A DNA stretch of 64,000 nt. Origin: Balanoglossus misakiensis. Taxonomy: Eukaryota > Animalia > Hemichordata. Shown in pieces: positions 1 to 14,723 of this stretch. The stretch lies in contig CM082581.2 of the NCBI GenBank assembly GCA_040954595.2, forward strand, positions 14,499,350 to 14,563,349. The letters run 5' to 3'. A program made the translations under genes and the position numbers. Below the pieces are notes generated by a model. It saw nothing but the letters and a program-made list of their open reading frames with translations, was not told where the DNA came from and did not search any database. Positions within the stretch are counted from its first letter, which is position 1, and every line of letters starts with the position of its first letter.

Positions 1-3000
1 ATTGTTGCTTTACTAATAAACATACATATAGGAAGAGCCTTCATCTCTCCATCATTTGGCAAATTGTATTTGTTGTAAAGAATGGCTGCTAGTGTTACGG
101 TTGTCACATCACGTGTGTGAAGAGTGTCACTTTGGAATAGTGTTTCAAATTTCAATATGTAGATGTAGCTGGCTTGGTCCCCCTCTCCAAAGATCTCTCT
201 GTCCTTCCCTTCATATTATACTCCAACCATGAACCATTTGTGTTTGTACTTTTTTGAATCAGCTGTCTGAGTCCATTCATTTCAGTATACTTGTATTTAC
301 ATGTATCTGTAAATGGCAAAGACTGCTCTGAATTTTGATTGGCTGACTGTCATATGCCTGTTTGACTGCCATGGTAACGGCCAATAAGGTTTTTTGATTG
401 ATCTTTGCATTATTTCAGCACTGACTGCTGCTTTGAAAATTTTTCCGTCTTGGATTTCTTGAGGGTGCATCTGTTACAGTGCCAACCACAGCAACATGCG
501 AACAGGAAAGGAAATTGCCTTCTTTGGATGCAGATTAGCACAACAAATAACTCCAAATTATTTAGTCAGAAAATAAGACACTTGAGAGACTCTGTAGCAT
601 TCTTGAATGTAATGTACAGATTCTGAAGAGTTTTAGTGATTGTGACTGGGATTTGATCAAGAGTTTGAAAGCAGTGCCGTCTAGCTGTCTGATGTTTGAT
701 TTGTCCCAGGATGTGGACTGGGCTCCGACTCCGAGTGTGTTCAATTTATTACCTACCATGCAACTTCTTTCAGAAGTTTTCAATAGACAGTTCATAAATT
801 GACTGATGTCTCGGAGCCTGTGTTGCTGTCAGTTGCTATGCTGTACATACGGTGGATCGCCCGTGGTTACAGTTCAAATGCCAGTGTGTTTGGAGGCTGA
901 GGTGGAGACCTCTGCCTCGCGGAGATGCCAACTCAGTGTAACCATGGATATCAGGCTACCCAGCTGACACCCATCAGCTAGTGGATTTGTGTCATAAATT
1001 GCCATAAATTGTTTTCTGGGGCTGCAGGCTCGTCTTCTGGCCAGGGTTGTTTCAAGAAAAAACGAATTAGAGGAGGGACTATCAGGTTCCCTTGCAGGTC
1101 AGATACTGCTTGTTCTGAACAAGGGGAAACAGGATGTAAAATGTTGACAAAAAATGTGGCCTACAGTGATAAATTAGATACACATCCCAGAGAATACTTG
1201 TTTAAATTCCCTTTTCTGCCTCATCTTCTCAATAACAAGAACTTTGCTGAATGAATTCTTCACCGGCTTTCCATATTTCATAACGTTGTGTGATGTACAT
1301 ACCTTGTCAATAATACAAAATGTATGGCCACCCAATAGTCATTTTGCCACTATTTTTACATCCTGACCCATGTTTACTGTCTGTCAATTCTCTTCAGTTT
1401 TCAAACATGGTGCAAATAAAATGCACCATGTCGTACATATCATGCAATGTCAATTTGTGTGGCGGTGTGATCCAATAAGGCCACTGTGCAAGCGTTATGA
1501 TTTTTTCATGTCCAGAGCTGTTCCTCGGACATAGCTGAACCGATTTCATTCAAAAATGGTGCAATGTGCTGCATGATCTACATTGCTTTTGGCAGTATAG
1601 TTAAATGCCACTCCATCACAAGTAAATTGATTTGTTGTGACTTCAGGAACACCACTGACATTGATTTACGCAATGGATTTGTACTAAAGTTTCTCTCAGA
1701 GAAGTGCACCTGACGATAAAATTCAGTCTGTCCCTCGGAGAAATAAAGTGGAATGACATGAAACAGTAGAGCCGGGGAAGACGGGGAATGTTAAGTAAGG
1801 TCTTGCAAACTTGGTTGTTGTATTCATGCCAGACTGACTATTATTGGAGGTTAAAACCCAACTGACTCCTGAAGCCAAGGAATCTGACATGATTTATACA
1901 GTAATATCCGCACACAGAAAATGTATTAAAATCCCATGGGTTCAACATGGGAAGAGTCTTGTCATCCTGCCAGGACTGTGAATGACTTATTTGATTTCCA
2001 TGTGAATCTGAGATTAATTATTGAGCATATTTCCATTTTAAAAAGCCTGTATAATTAGGCCATGTAATGTATAAATTGGCATACTTTACATGTACGTCAA
2101 TTTCGACCATACCATAGTACAGCTGATTTCATAGGATTATAAAGTAATTATTGATGAATGTTTGACCTGAGGCCGTTGAAAAGGGAAGCTTGTCGCGAGT
2201 CCACCAAGATTCAATACATGATCTGTAATCAGGAATATAGCTACATAAAAGTAGACTTTGAAACAAAAGAATGGAATTGCAGTTTCCCTGTTAACAGTTG
2301 TGAAATATTGACATTGGGTGTTCAAACAGGCAAAGGCTTGCTCATGAACCTGCTGTTAATGAGTCAGGTGTTTCATGGCTGTAATAAATAGGCCTTGGTA
2401 TGTCAGCTATCCAAATAGCATTTGGGGGGAAATGACAGGACCAGTGAGTTGTAGACAGAACAGTCTGTTCCCGTCATTTGCAGTGACTAGCTTCTAATGA
2501 CACCGACACCATTCATGTTGTGCGTTGGCTTTGTTGGATAGTGGAAGTCTACTTGCTTTACCAACTCGACGTCTGGTAGTTAAGTATATTCAGTTGAGTG
2601 ATGTCTACAGTACTTTCAATTGTTACGTGTCGGTAATCTACTGAATAGGCAAAGAATACAGAAAAATGATTACAGAGCATTTCCTTGACTAGAAATCAAT
2701 TTAGAACATTTTGTCTGTCAGTGGTCGCCAGAACGAGATTGCTTGTCACTCAACCCAGTGGCAAGAAGCAGTTTTCGCAAACTAACTTTTGAATGGGCTG
2801 GAAAATGATTGTACAAGCAGACATGTTGCACTCAGAGAACATTCAGACTGTATGCAGTGTCACACACAGAGTCATGAGCTTTCAGTTGCTGGCAAAATAT
2901 TCAAGTGACATATGGTGTTTTTGTAGTCTTCATGCTCAACTGGAATCGACTATGCTTGGCCTAAACTAGTAAATTCAAAGCATGACATTCCTTGAATTGT

Positions 3001-6000
3001 GAAGTGCAGTTGTTTAAATGGACACACTGTGTACACATACTGCTTTATCACTTCCATGTTCAACCGCAACAATCACAGTGTTACTGATACACTTTGTTTC
3101 CTGTGGGACATGCAGACAGTGGCTGGTTGTTGTCGGCCATACAAAATGAATAAAATGAATCCAGGCTTGCAAACAGCCAGAACACTTTGGTGCCATTATT
3201 TAACCAAGTTAATTGATCTACCCCGATGAATGGATAGTTATTTAATCACTCTTAGTACAGAGGACTGAAATGTTGAAAGGCTTTGTACTTTTGTCCAGGT
3301 AGACAAATGGTGTGAACTGTTTGCTGCCGGGTCAAAACATCAATTGGTATGCTGACCAGTGAACAAGTGGCTTCCCGTATGCCCTGAATGTCTATTTACA
3401 GCATAATGGCATGTTGACCAAAACACTGCAGTCAGCGTAGATCCATTTTTGTCCAGTGGCAGGGCTGTGCAGCCCTAGAGAGCCGATTTACAATTCTACA
3501 ATCGCCCAATAATGATTTCTACCGGTTTATTTCAAGTGTAGACATTGTGTAGTGGATGTGATCGGTCGCTGGATTATTGTTGTGTGTGTGGCCTTGTGTG
3601 GAATGAAGCGTTCAAACATGTCTGGATTCCTCTAGCCATTGTTAAAATGTAATGCCTTATGTCCTACCTGTATACTCCCCCTGTACAACAAGTAGACTGC
3701 TCTCTAGCTTATTATCCCACATTGATTTCGTTCATCAGAGGGAAACAAACACTACAGTGCAAACACAGCCAGAGCCTCATCAAATTAGAGTAACAGGGAA
3801 TCAGCTGATCAGAAGGAACGTGCAAGCTTTCTGGTTGGATTGTGAGAGTTATCCATCACCATTATTTTAATGGCAATTTTCCATTGTTGCAGAATCAGTT
3901 GCTTGGATACCATTAGTTTTCTCCTAACATGCACTAAGATGATAAATCTGGATACATCACGGTCACGTTTGATCTTCTCATTTTGACTAATTAGTAAATG
4001 GCAGGATTCGGGAGGGGGGGGGGGGGTCCTTTTATAGAACAGTAGATGTACATACATCCTCTTCAGACTAGTTTGAGGGTCATTATTCCCCTTTCAGTTC
4101 ATACCATAGAAACTTCCCAGCTGAGAGTTCTCACAGAAGGTTTATGAAAAACTGGGTTATGTCAGGGAAACTTTCAAGAATGAATGGATGGACAATAGAT
4201 ATTGATTTTAACCAGTATCCTTGAGGAATTTGAAATAAATTATTGATGCTGAATTCTAGCGAGAGATTGGAGATAAATTGATCAACACTGCACTGTATTT
4301 GTGTATGTATCAGTTTACTGATCAGAAGCTACATTTACCTGTCAAATATAGTACTAAACTACTATTGCACTTGCAGTTGGAGATCTTTGCCCGGGGTCAG
4401 TTTGAGCCCTAGACCCACATTGCATTCATCACATAAACAAATTTAGATAAACTTGGACACTTAATATTCCTGGGAAGTCCTGCTATGTTGTTGATGACAA
4501 TTGCATGTAGGGGCCAATCTCCTGCCCATCTGTGATAGGATCTACAGTTAATGCTGACAGCTGTTCTTTTTATGACCTCCACTAATACTATTCCTGTGAC
4601 CTTTCAAGGTCACACAACATAAAACAAGGACACAGGACATACACTCAACTAGCATTCAAATGCTGTACTTTTAGTTTGAATCACACAGCAGACTGTACAG
4701 TCACTGAAGAGATGGGTAGTGTCAGAGTCTCCCTAGGTTTCTACAGCATGGTTTTCACAATATTTGCTACCATAAATAAACACAGATTACCAAAAAGAGT
4801 CATCAGTATAATGATATCCATGCTTGCATAGGCCATGGTATGACAGATGGTAAGTTGTATGATGGATTTGTGTGATTAGCAGGGCAGAAGCTCACAAATA
4901 TTTTGACTGAAAAATAAAATGTAAACACTTAGGTCATTCCTGCAGAGAACTTTTGGACCTGTTGTGAGCTGAGGTTGATCGGTTTCGTTACATCCACATA
5001 TGCTGTTGTATCATTCAGTGTACCACGAATGACCTTTGAGGTACCCCAGCTCATTGCAGAAACATTTTGTGAGTATCCGGACTAGTTTGGTGAATCTCCT
5101 GATAACACTTGTTAGTGTAGATGAAAATTTATAAACTATTCAACTCTGCTTTTCACCACCAGTAGCATATATTCATGTATGTAAGTTCATATTTCACACA
5201 TCATTCCTGTCTATTCATTGGTGGAGGCTGTTTTCATTTCAGTGGCAGTGATTTTTATAAAACAATTTTTGTGTGCTCGGCTGTTACACATACGCACTCG
5301 TCAAGTGGTGACGTGTGTGCTTTCTGCACGTAATACACCAGTTTGACCCTTGTGTGTCATTACCTTTGTCGTTTGCACACGTTAGAGAACGGTGCATCAT
5401 GGTTGTAGTAACATACATACAGTATACAGGCTTGTCCGTATCCATGCAATGTACATGTACTATTCAAGAGCGAAATCAAGTGAGGAAAATTTCAAAGAGG
5501 CCATTATATATTGCCATGTGTCAACCCAAATTCAACTTTGTATCCTGTCACATTGAATTGGTATGCAAATAAAATAAATCATAAATACATGTAATAGCTG
5601 AAGTTTTGTCAATTAGATTTTTTGTGTGGCACAGCTGGAGGTATTTCTGTCTGGAGTGTGATGTGCATGTTGACAGAGGTATGTCCTGTCTCATATCACT
5701 GACATGCTGGTATTATTTGCCACACCCAGTTGATAAAAAATGTAGAAAAATCATGCCGTTTCCACCATTTGACTAAATCGAGCAGTGGCTGTAAATAGCA
5801 CAGTGACCATGAAAGGAGTGCTATTCTATACTGCGTTGAGTGTATGTCAGAATATGTGAAGTTTTTTAAGTGGTCACATCAAACAGGGTTTAAAATGTCT
5901 GCAGACACTGTTCTATGATCCCCAATGCTTAATATGTTGTGCTGGAAAATTTCCTAAAGGAGGAGTCTGACTGGTGTGTGTGTGTGTTATCAGTAATGGC

Positions 6001-9000
6001 AGAATCACCAGGTCAAAATTGGCTGAACATTTTGGAATTTTTAAGATAAAAATGGCTAATTCATTTGTCTATGCCAGGCCGGGTCATGTATCATGAGATT
6101 CACTGTGTATCATTCTGTAGTCTCACATTGTGACCATGAGAGTTACTGTGCTTCGAGATGGTAAATCATGGCATTATAGAACAAATCCTAGAGGGCCCCA
6201 CAGCTCTGTGTTGATCATTTTCTGGGCAAGCTCACTTGATGACAAGAGCCGCATGTTTTTTTTTAAAAACGTGTGAAGTGACAAAATCAGCAAATTCCTC
6301 TGTATTCTGTTGTTAAACCTTGGCTTTTGATGTTTCTATGTTGAATCCATGAACAACACCAACATTGCAAAATCCAGTCATGATACCATTGTCTGTGATA
6401 TTTTTTGTCATGGATTTCTATGATATTCATGTATATGATGGATGAGGCCCATTTACTGCAGTTGAAACCATAAAAAACTTGTCACAATTGCCACAAGTGA
6501 TCACATCTGCAACAAAATAAATGAACAAAATTTAAGTTGGCATACATGAAAAATATGGTCGCAAAAGTTATAATTAGTCTGTGAATGAGAAAAACCAAAA
6601 TAGTATTTGCAACTTGCATCATGTCAATTAAAGGCTTTGTGTAGCAGTAGGTCAGGCGAAGTTCATATTGCGAAGTGGTGGGTCTCAAAAGACTGGCTGC
6701 AGGTAGATTCAAAATTCATTATGCTCAATTTGCATGTGAAAAAAAAATCTATTGCAATCCTCGCCAAAGCTCCAATATACATGGTTCTAAAAATAGCAGC
6801 AGTGGTGCATGTTCGTCATACATGAGGCTGCAATTCCATCTCAGTATCTGTTCAAATGCTGATTAAAATCTTGCCATTTGGAGATCGGGCTGGCCAATTG
6901 CCAAGAGCAGTTTGTTATCTTCAGACTGAGAAATGGCCTACCTGACTGACTGCATTATTCACCCGCAAAGGGTGTGTGTTTTTTTACTCAGTCTGGCAAT
7001 ATGTTTTGCTTCATAACAGCCGCTCACCATTGTATGTGTGTTTGACAGGAAGTGGGTTGCCATGTTAAAGGGATTAGCTGTAACTTTCAAAAGTGATTTC
7101 ACTATTTTGGTCTTTTTCAGCGACAACAGTTTCTTGTCCATGTGTAAATGCCAAGTATACAGCTTGTCATCAGGCTAGATACTAGGCATGTCAACATGTT
7201 GTAGGGAGTAGAACAATGAAATATAGGGAAATAAAAATACTGAAAATATCAAACTTTACAGCTTTTCCCTTTAATAGTGACCGAGTGCCTGTATTTGACA
7301 TTTCACTGCGCTGATAATCTCCGTCAAGTTGACTGACAGGAACAAGTGGAATACAGCGTAGAATTCTTTTCTCAGTAAGACAAGCTGGCATGGATGAAAT
7401 AATCTGGAATGAGTAGGCGGCTGTTTTTCCCCCAGTGACAATCATCTCTTATCTCAGTCACTGATTGACTATGGGACAAGGTTCAGTGTATAATCTGTGA
7501 ATTTTTCAAATCTTGAGAAAATGACATCTGTTCGCTGAACAGGATAACTATGCTTAGTCAGCAGGAGTATTGATGAGTCCAGTGATTATTTCATTTGAAA
7601 GGTACGTCCACTGACTGGGTTGACCTATTCACAAAACTGTGAGCTCTTCTCCTGAAATTGTCAGATTTCAGTAGAAAAGCACAGAAGGTTAATCCATTCT
7701 GTGAGACAAGTCAGCTGGCGTTTCTGTCCTTTTCTGAGTAACGGGAAAATTTTTAATTAAAGTGAAACTGGTTAAACCATGTATATAATTAAGACTCAAC
7801 CTTGCAAAGTTCTTGTGTACATGTGTTTTGTTGTCAACAGCAAATAAATTAAAAATGTTCCGTGGTGAACAATTGTGGCTGGCTAGCTGACGGCCATATG
7901 AAATTCATTACAGTGCTAGAAAATTTGAATAGGTTTCATGGCTTCAGTATGGGTGTCCTTGTAAGGTGTATGTAACCTTGATAATCCACCAACAGAATAT
8001 CATATTCTCATATCATGTATCAGCCCACATTAATAGCAAACACTGCCACTGTTTCCAACCCTACAGCTGTGGATATAACTTGTTTAGTAGTTAATTCTCA
8101 GATCACATGCAAATATAATACCACAGAAATAATTTATGAATTTACTGTTTATCGAAACAAAAATCAATATTATCAACAAACCACAAGAAGGTGTGAATGT
8201 ACCTCAAAGGGAATACAAAGCAATTCATTAATGTACTAATGTTATCGTTTATCTTAACTGCTGCGCCCAGTATGGGGTCTTCACTTGTAGCCCAAAATAG
8301 CAGAATTGATCTCAATTTGACAATTGAATAGGTGTGGGCTGTGAGGTTCTCTTGTGCACGCAGTTGGTAGTGAAACTGGAAATGACAAGTCATTAATCTT
8401 GGGTGTGGAATCAGCATGGAGGGCTTTGTATCATCGTTTGCATTGATCAATCTACGTCAGTAAACACTAATGAAGAGGCCAAGGTTACTCTTTGTCTCCT
8501 GCCCAGGATATTCTGACCTTATCTGTTTTAACAAGGGAGTTATATATTGCTACCAACCCTGGCAGTTCTTTTATTTCATTTTGTGGAGTGCCTTCTAATG
8601 GATGGAAGCATTGTGTCTGTCTAACCCAATAAATGTTTATTGTATTAATGAAAGGGAAGTGGCTTGTACATGTATATTGAGAAACGAATCATTCGTTGAT
8701 CGATTTTGGTTTCTCTGGCGTAGCAATACATTGTTATACTGTGCTGAGTGTTGTTGCTGATTGTAGATGGTGGATCAACAACACTGTGTCTTTGCAGCTC
8801 AAATCTGCTTTCCTCTCGGACTTGTTTACGTGACCTTCGTGAAAGTGACCTCCTTTGATACATTGTACTTGAATTTCAGCTGTGTAACCAACAGTCACCA
8901 AATGTGAGGGGCACCTTGCCAAATTGCATCCAGATTGATTGATTGATAACTGGCACAGAGGTTTGATAGTCCAACTAGAAATGCCAGCTTGCTTTTCAAT

Positions 9001-12000
9001 ATTGAAGACCTGTGCGTGTGGTTTTGCCACTGGGCTGAACCCTTTCACCCTATTTCCCTCTGTTGATTACAACTTTACTTTAGAAAACAAATGGATTCAG
9101 ACCGAACTGTGGCAGTTTAATGATTCGAAAAGTATAACCTTGGTGACAAGTGTATGAATTGTCTTTTTTAATTAATTAATTTATTGAAGGGAGAAGGTTT
9201 CTTCTTTTACAGGTTCTACAATTTAATTTGTATTCTGAAGGTCACCCTCTAGTGATTTCTGTTTTATTGCAAGATTTGCAGTGAGTTTGAGCACCGTTTC
9301 AAGGACACTACTCTGCACTTTATTATTTGACAGAATAATTCTCAATGTAATCTGGACTTGAATTTTTCCCTGAATCTTATCATCTCCACTATCTCTTTGC
9401 GGATTTTCTGTTTTCTTTAAAGAAAATGGGCGTAATCTGTGGTTTCCCTCATAACAAGCCTTGAACCTATCTTGTGTGTTTTATTGATTCTCTGATAAAC
9501 AACACTTCCTTGGTACTGATGTTATGAGACTAGATGTTTTAACCTGCGTTTGACTGAATGATCCGTTCGTTCCCCTTCCGCTGAAGCTGTTTCTGTATAA
9601 ACCACTATAGGCTGCAAGCCTATTCAGACATTGAATAATTGGGTGATATACGATATGAAATATTGTTTGACTGAAAGGTAAAACCTGACGTGAATTTCAG
9701 TGCAGCCAACCGTCCAACAATGCAGACTTTGTTTCTGTGTGGTTACAAAAGGGTACAGAAGGTCACCTGACTGGCATAGTTCCAAAAATTCTGTTGACCC
9801 CTCTTGCCATGCAACCATGACCCGGCCTTTGAAAGGCGGGATAACAATGTAAAAGTTGTTCTTTGTTTTGGGTGTGCCGGTGCTAGCTCTATACATCTTG
9901 TAAACAGAGCCCCACATAAAAAAAAGATTAGTCGTGTGTGAAGTCGGGCGTTAGTGTGTGGAGGACTCCTTCAAACTGAAACCTTGCAACACACACATCA
10001 GCAAACACAATGGAGCGATGCCAAGCAACGCAGGCAAAGTATCCAAGCTACAAATATCCTAATATATTGGTGACAGACTAATCAAATAGAGAAGGACATA
10101 CCGGGTAGATTTGTGGCATTCAAGCTCTCAATTCATCATATGGCTGAATTAATTAAACACTGCAAGAGTGTTCATTAATAAAGGTGTCTCAATTATCACC
10201 CCTGCGTAAATGTTCTTGACGGGATTTAACATTGTTTTGGCACAAACTTGGAATCATTGCCCAACTGAGATATTTTCTAGTGTATAAAAAGAAGTGTTTG
10301 TGTTCTGAAATGGAACATAAGACTTTTTGCCTCATCATCTGACTCCATAATCATCAAGGTTAGCTTCAATGAACTGTGACTGTGTTGTAATTTGCAGAGC
10401 AGACAGGAGGTCTCTCGATCTCCCTCTCTTCTTCCTGATCAATGAAAACTGACATTTTGTGGAGTCAAATTAACCTGCGTACCCGGCAAAATTGATGCAG
10501 TCGCGCTACAATGGCTGTCAAAACCGTTGCAAGTCAGTGGAGGATGTGAAACGTGAAGGTGAAACTGTACCAAAGTTGTTTGGTTAGTGGTAGTATGCTG
10601 TGCTTGAAGACATATTGAATCATTACTGAGAAACATCTTGTGGTTTGACACGGATTTGTAAATCTGCTACACACATGTACTGTAATCCAGAACCAAGCAC
10701 ATCCATGCACAGCACCTTGAAGTGACCTTGGTGATTTTTGTCAGTACATAATCCACTGTCAAGAGTACAATAAATTAAATTGAATTCAAGGACATGTGAA
10801 TAAACCAAGCATATTATAAACTGAGGTTTTTATCGGTGTCACTGTCACTGTGTCAGTCTCCTTCGCCACCCCCCTAAAAACTGAAATATCAGTATTGGTC
10901 ATGGAAATCCCTGGTCACATTTGGCAAAGATCGATTTTTAACTGTCAATGTTGATATAGGATACTGTAACGTATAACAACTATCTAATTTGTTTCCCTAT
11001 TTTCATGAGTAATGTGAAGTGTTGAAACCGATACATGTAATCTCAGCCATCGGGGAGATTTTAATCAGCAACAAATGTTATGTTAGCAAATTTTGTTTCA
11101 AGCCACAGGCAAGCTTTTGTCAAAACCAGCTGAATTAGTTAGGTCATTGACATAATACAAACATCATTACTGAAAGTAGTTCCAGGCATGGCCTAGTCTT
11201 TGAGTTGGGATCCCACAATGCCTTGCAGTGGGTGTATTCATTACAGAGTTGAACTGTCACAGGATGGGGGAAGAATGTCACTTTGGTTGTATTGTCTGTA
11301 CTTTGTGTGTGTGCCTGTTTTGATCACTTCATCGACAAAACCCGGGCTGCGATTACGTTGCAACAGGTTTCCATGGTTCTGAGTCTGCCGTGCAAGCCTG
11401 CCAGCTCATTATCCCCCCTGCGTAACAATAGAATCATTGCAAAACATTCTGAAAGGCAGGGTGTTTAATTGTACAAGTGTGAAGCCTTTTCATATGGAAA
11501 TTGTCTCCCTTAGTAGTCGAGTCTTTATTTCCATTGAAAGGCTTTCAGTTCATTTGTATTTGTTGAAGTCAAAGAGAATAAGAATTTCTAAAAAAGTGTT
11601 TGTTTCTTGAAGTAACCCAGCACCAGTGGTGTTAAATAAATAAAGTTATAAATAGACTGTCAGTTGGTGAGGTAGGCTTGACATTTTTTTTCGCCCTAGA
11701 CATTTGATATTCCACAGCGCATTTCAAATCAGATTGTTTTACAGGGATGGTGTTTACCCTTGAAATGCCTACAATTACACTCGATATATCATAGAATAGA
11801 CTAAACACATTCAGCATGGAACTAGAACCCTGTGACACGCAGCAGAGAAAGTGCCAGGTCGTCGCCAGTTGGTGACTGCCACCACAGATGTGGCTCTGCT
11901 GCTTTTGTTATTTTAATTTTTTGGGTTTGCATTAAGAATGATGTCAGGTACCAGAATTTATATTGCACAAATATGTTAAACAGTGTATTTGACTTTATAT

Positions 12001-14561
12001 GACAGGCTTGTGGTGAGAAAACACTTAGCTCCAAGTGACTGGGTCGTTTAGTCTGGTAATGGGTGACCTGTCTCTCAATACTGTATCATAAGAGCCCTTA
12101 GTGTAATGAGCACAATTAACCAACAATGGAGCCCAGCATCTATCTGTAGTAGATTGGCTTCAGATATTAGGTAACCTTGTCACCAAGTTAATTAATAAGC
12201 CTTTGTCCTAATATCCCTAACACAAATAGTATTTTATTAGTGAAATTAGTGTCAGATTAGGCAAGATGGAGCTTCAGTAACCATTCAAGTGTGGAAAAAG
12301 AGGAAGACATATAATTTTGACACTTTGAATTGATATTGTTATTTATCGGCTAGGGAAATGAAGTTATAACAATAAGAGAGATAACCCTAAAATGATTGCT
12401 TGAGGAAATGAATGATATGAGAAGAATGTATTTTAATTTAAATGTAAAGTGAATATACATTGTTAATGACCCAGTTTATTATCAATTGAGTTTCACCAAT
12501 GACATGTAAATAAATTGTTGCCATGGTGATATATACTAGTTGAAAAGATGACCTCTGGATAATCCCGGTTTACCAAGAGGAAAGTGACAAGGTCAGTGCA
12601 GTGGGTGGTGTGTGCGTGAAATGTATAAGTGGCACGTCACTCACACTCTCTGTGTAAAAAGTTCAAGGAACAAAAAATCGCATCTGCATAGTTCGTTTCT
12701 TAGTATGGCTTCCTTCATATTTAGCTAATTATTATGGTACGTTTCACCTCAGTGAAAAAAGAAGTTGGCAGGGAAGCTGACATTTGATCAGGTCTTGCTG
12801 AAGGGAAGATGCATCTCTCTAGCACTTTGACGACAGAGCTCACTATGAATTATTAAAACTCGCATGGAAAAACAGATTATCAGAAATGTCAGAGGCTGCC
12901 CCAGTAATGCTGTTATTGCGACATAAATTTTCAGTTGAATAATATGCGAGTCATTTCAGTGAACTGAATTGAACCAAAACGGCCTTTATTCAAGGAATAA
13001 CATATCAAATTATTAAAACAGGCAGTCCACCATCTCTCAAACTTTATCTGTTCACCATTGCAAATGTAGTGCGACAACATTGCCTGATTCTGCCAAAATG
13101 ACCCCACAAACACAATTTGCCCTTTCGGTCCTTGAAATGATTTGAACTTTCTTCAAAAAGTTCACATCCTTACTGAAAGTGCAGCTGTCGGTAAAATATG
13201 CCCTGATGTCACTGTGTATCTCATATTACATTTCAAGGGGAACTAGACAATTATAATGATCATATTCACTAAAAGCGTAACCTGATAATTGAGAACCGTC
13301 CTAGTATTAATTGCAATAAAAAATGCAAACATTACAGAGTACTAAGACCGAAAGAGAAGATGTGAATATAATTGAAGGTTATTACTAATTTACACACGGT
13401 CACCGCACATTCTTTGCGCACTATTTATATGGCCTTGGACCTACATAAACTTGTTTGTGACACCGTTTCTCCTGTGTGTATCAGCGATTGTAAATAACTC
13501 TGAGTCCAATGTCAAACTAATGGACTCTGGGGGCAAGAAATTCAACTCTGACTCGGGGTTTTGCATCTGTGCTTGTTATCTGGTTGGCTAAAAGATTGGT
13601 CCTTGTACTAAGTTGTAGATTAATGTGTACCAGGCAGGTACATATCCTCCTCTGTTGGCAGGGCTTCACAATCAGACAATCTTTCAGTTGAATCATATCT
13701 ATGGAGATTTAAGAATCAGCTATGATACATGTTGTGTCCACTTGGCTTGGTCTAGTCCCAATTGGCGCCCTCATAGTTGACCTTGCTGCGAACAATATTA
13801 CACATAATATTCAGTAATTAGTAACAGTTGTGCTATATATATCAAATGACATAAAAAAAACATGTCGTAAAAATTGTACATGTCGTTCCGCAGTTAACTT
13901 GTTCAAGATAGTACGTATTCTAAGTTTGTCAGTTTAGTAGACCGCTTTCTGGTCCACAAACAAGGAAGAATTTGGTTCAGGCGTTATGAGAAGTAAGCAG
14001 AAAATGGTTGGCACTTTGATAAGGGTAAAGAATAGTTCAGACAAAAAGTCTTTGTGGGCTGTGCTTAAAAGCGTGACGAACGAGCAGCTGTCACTGAGGG
14101 GTCTATAGCTAGCCCAACTATGTATCGATCTGTGTATGTATGTGCGTGTATGTGTGTGCGCTGTACACTAGACAATAGCCATAGTTCTGAATGACAAGAG
14201 TATCTGAATCATGCCAACAAAAGATTCAGAGCTCATCAATAACAAGAATTTATGAAGGCAATCCTTGACCGCGTCCTCAACTTCAAAGGTTACCTACCTA
14301 GTCGCGTAACGGCTCACTTACTGAAGAGCAGTCTGGTTGGAAATGGACATAGAAACTGACTTGTGCATGAGGAATATTCAGATGCTCTGTAGAACCATGC
14401 AAAAATGAGTTTTGGGGGCAAATTTCCATGGAAATTTACATCATGTAATTTACAGTGCTGTTCACATTTGTGACATTGATTGCCAGTGTGTTATTCTCCC
14501 TCAATCATTGATTTATAACATTATACTCACAATTTCTTTTGTTTCCTCTCTCTCTATATAG

Positions 14562-14723
14562 GTATATGTAGAATTCGATGGGAATGACTGGGAGAGACGA
14601 GAGTGGTTACGGCCGCATGACAACAGCTATCAAGTCTTTGTGGTTGAGAATACCCTTGTCTGGGGTCAGCGAACAGATCCATTTTCTTCCAGGCCTGGTA
14701 ATACAATACTGTGGCCAGCTTTG
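14562..14723 (+). CDS. JMJD1C: JMJD1C-like exon, N-terminal conserved region (probably exon 2)
   Basis: tatag|GTA...TTG|gtaagt; [54 protein letters not shown], which parallels the VYVEFD..W..REW..F.VE..L.W..R.DP...WPAL block of vertebrate JMJD1C. Not in the ORF track. Confidence 0.93.

Noticed and set aside
1515-1565. Fragment reminiscent of dispersed invertebrate repeats (gctgaaccgatttcattcaaa); similar impression at ~10860-10940
   Set aside because: No termini, target duplication or second copy in the window; needs a repeat library.
405-14560. Dozens of 60-104 aa ORFs on both strands
   Set aside because: Mostly non-ATG starts, random composition, no family motifs and no phase-compatible splice pairs; expected by chance in intronic DNA.
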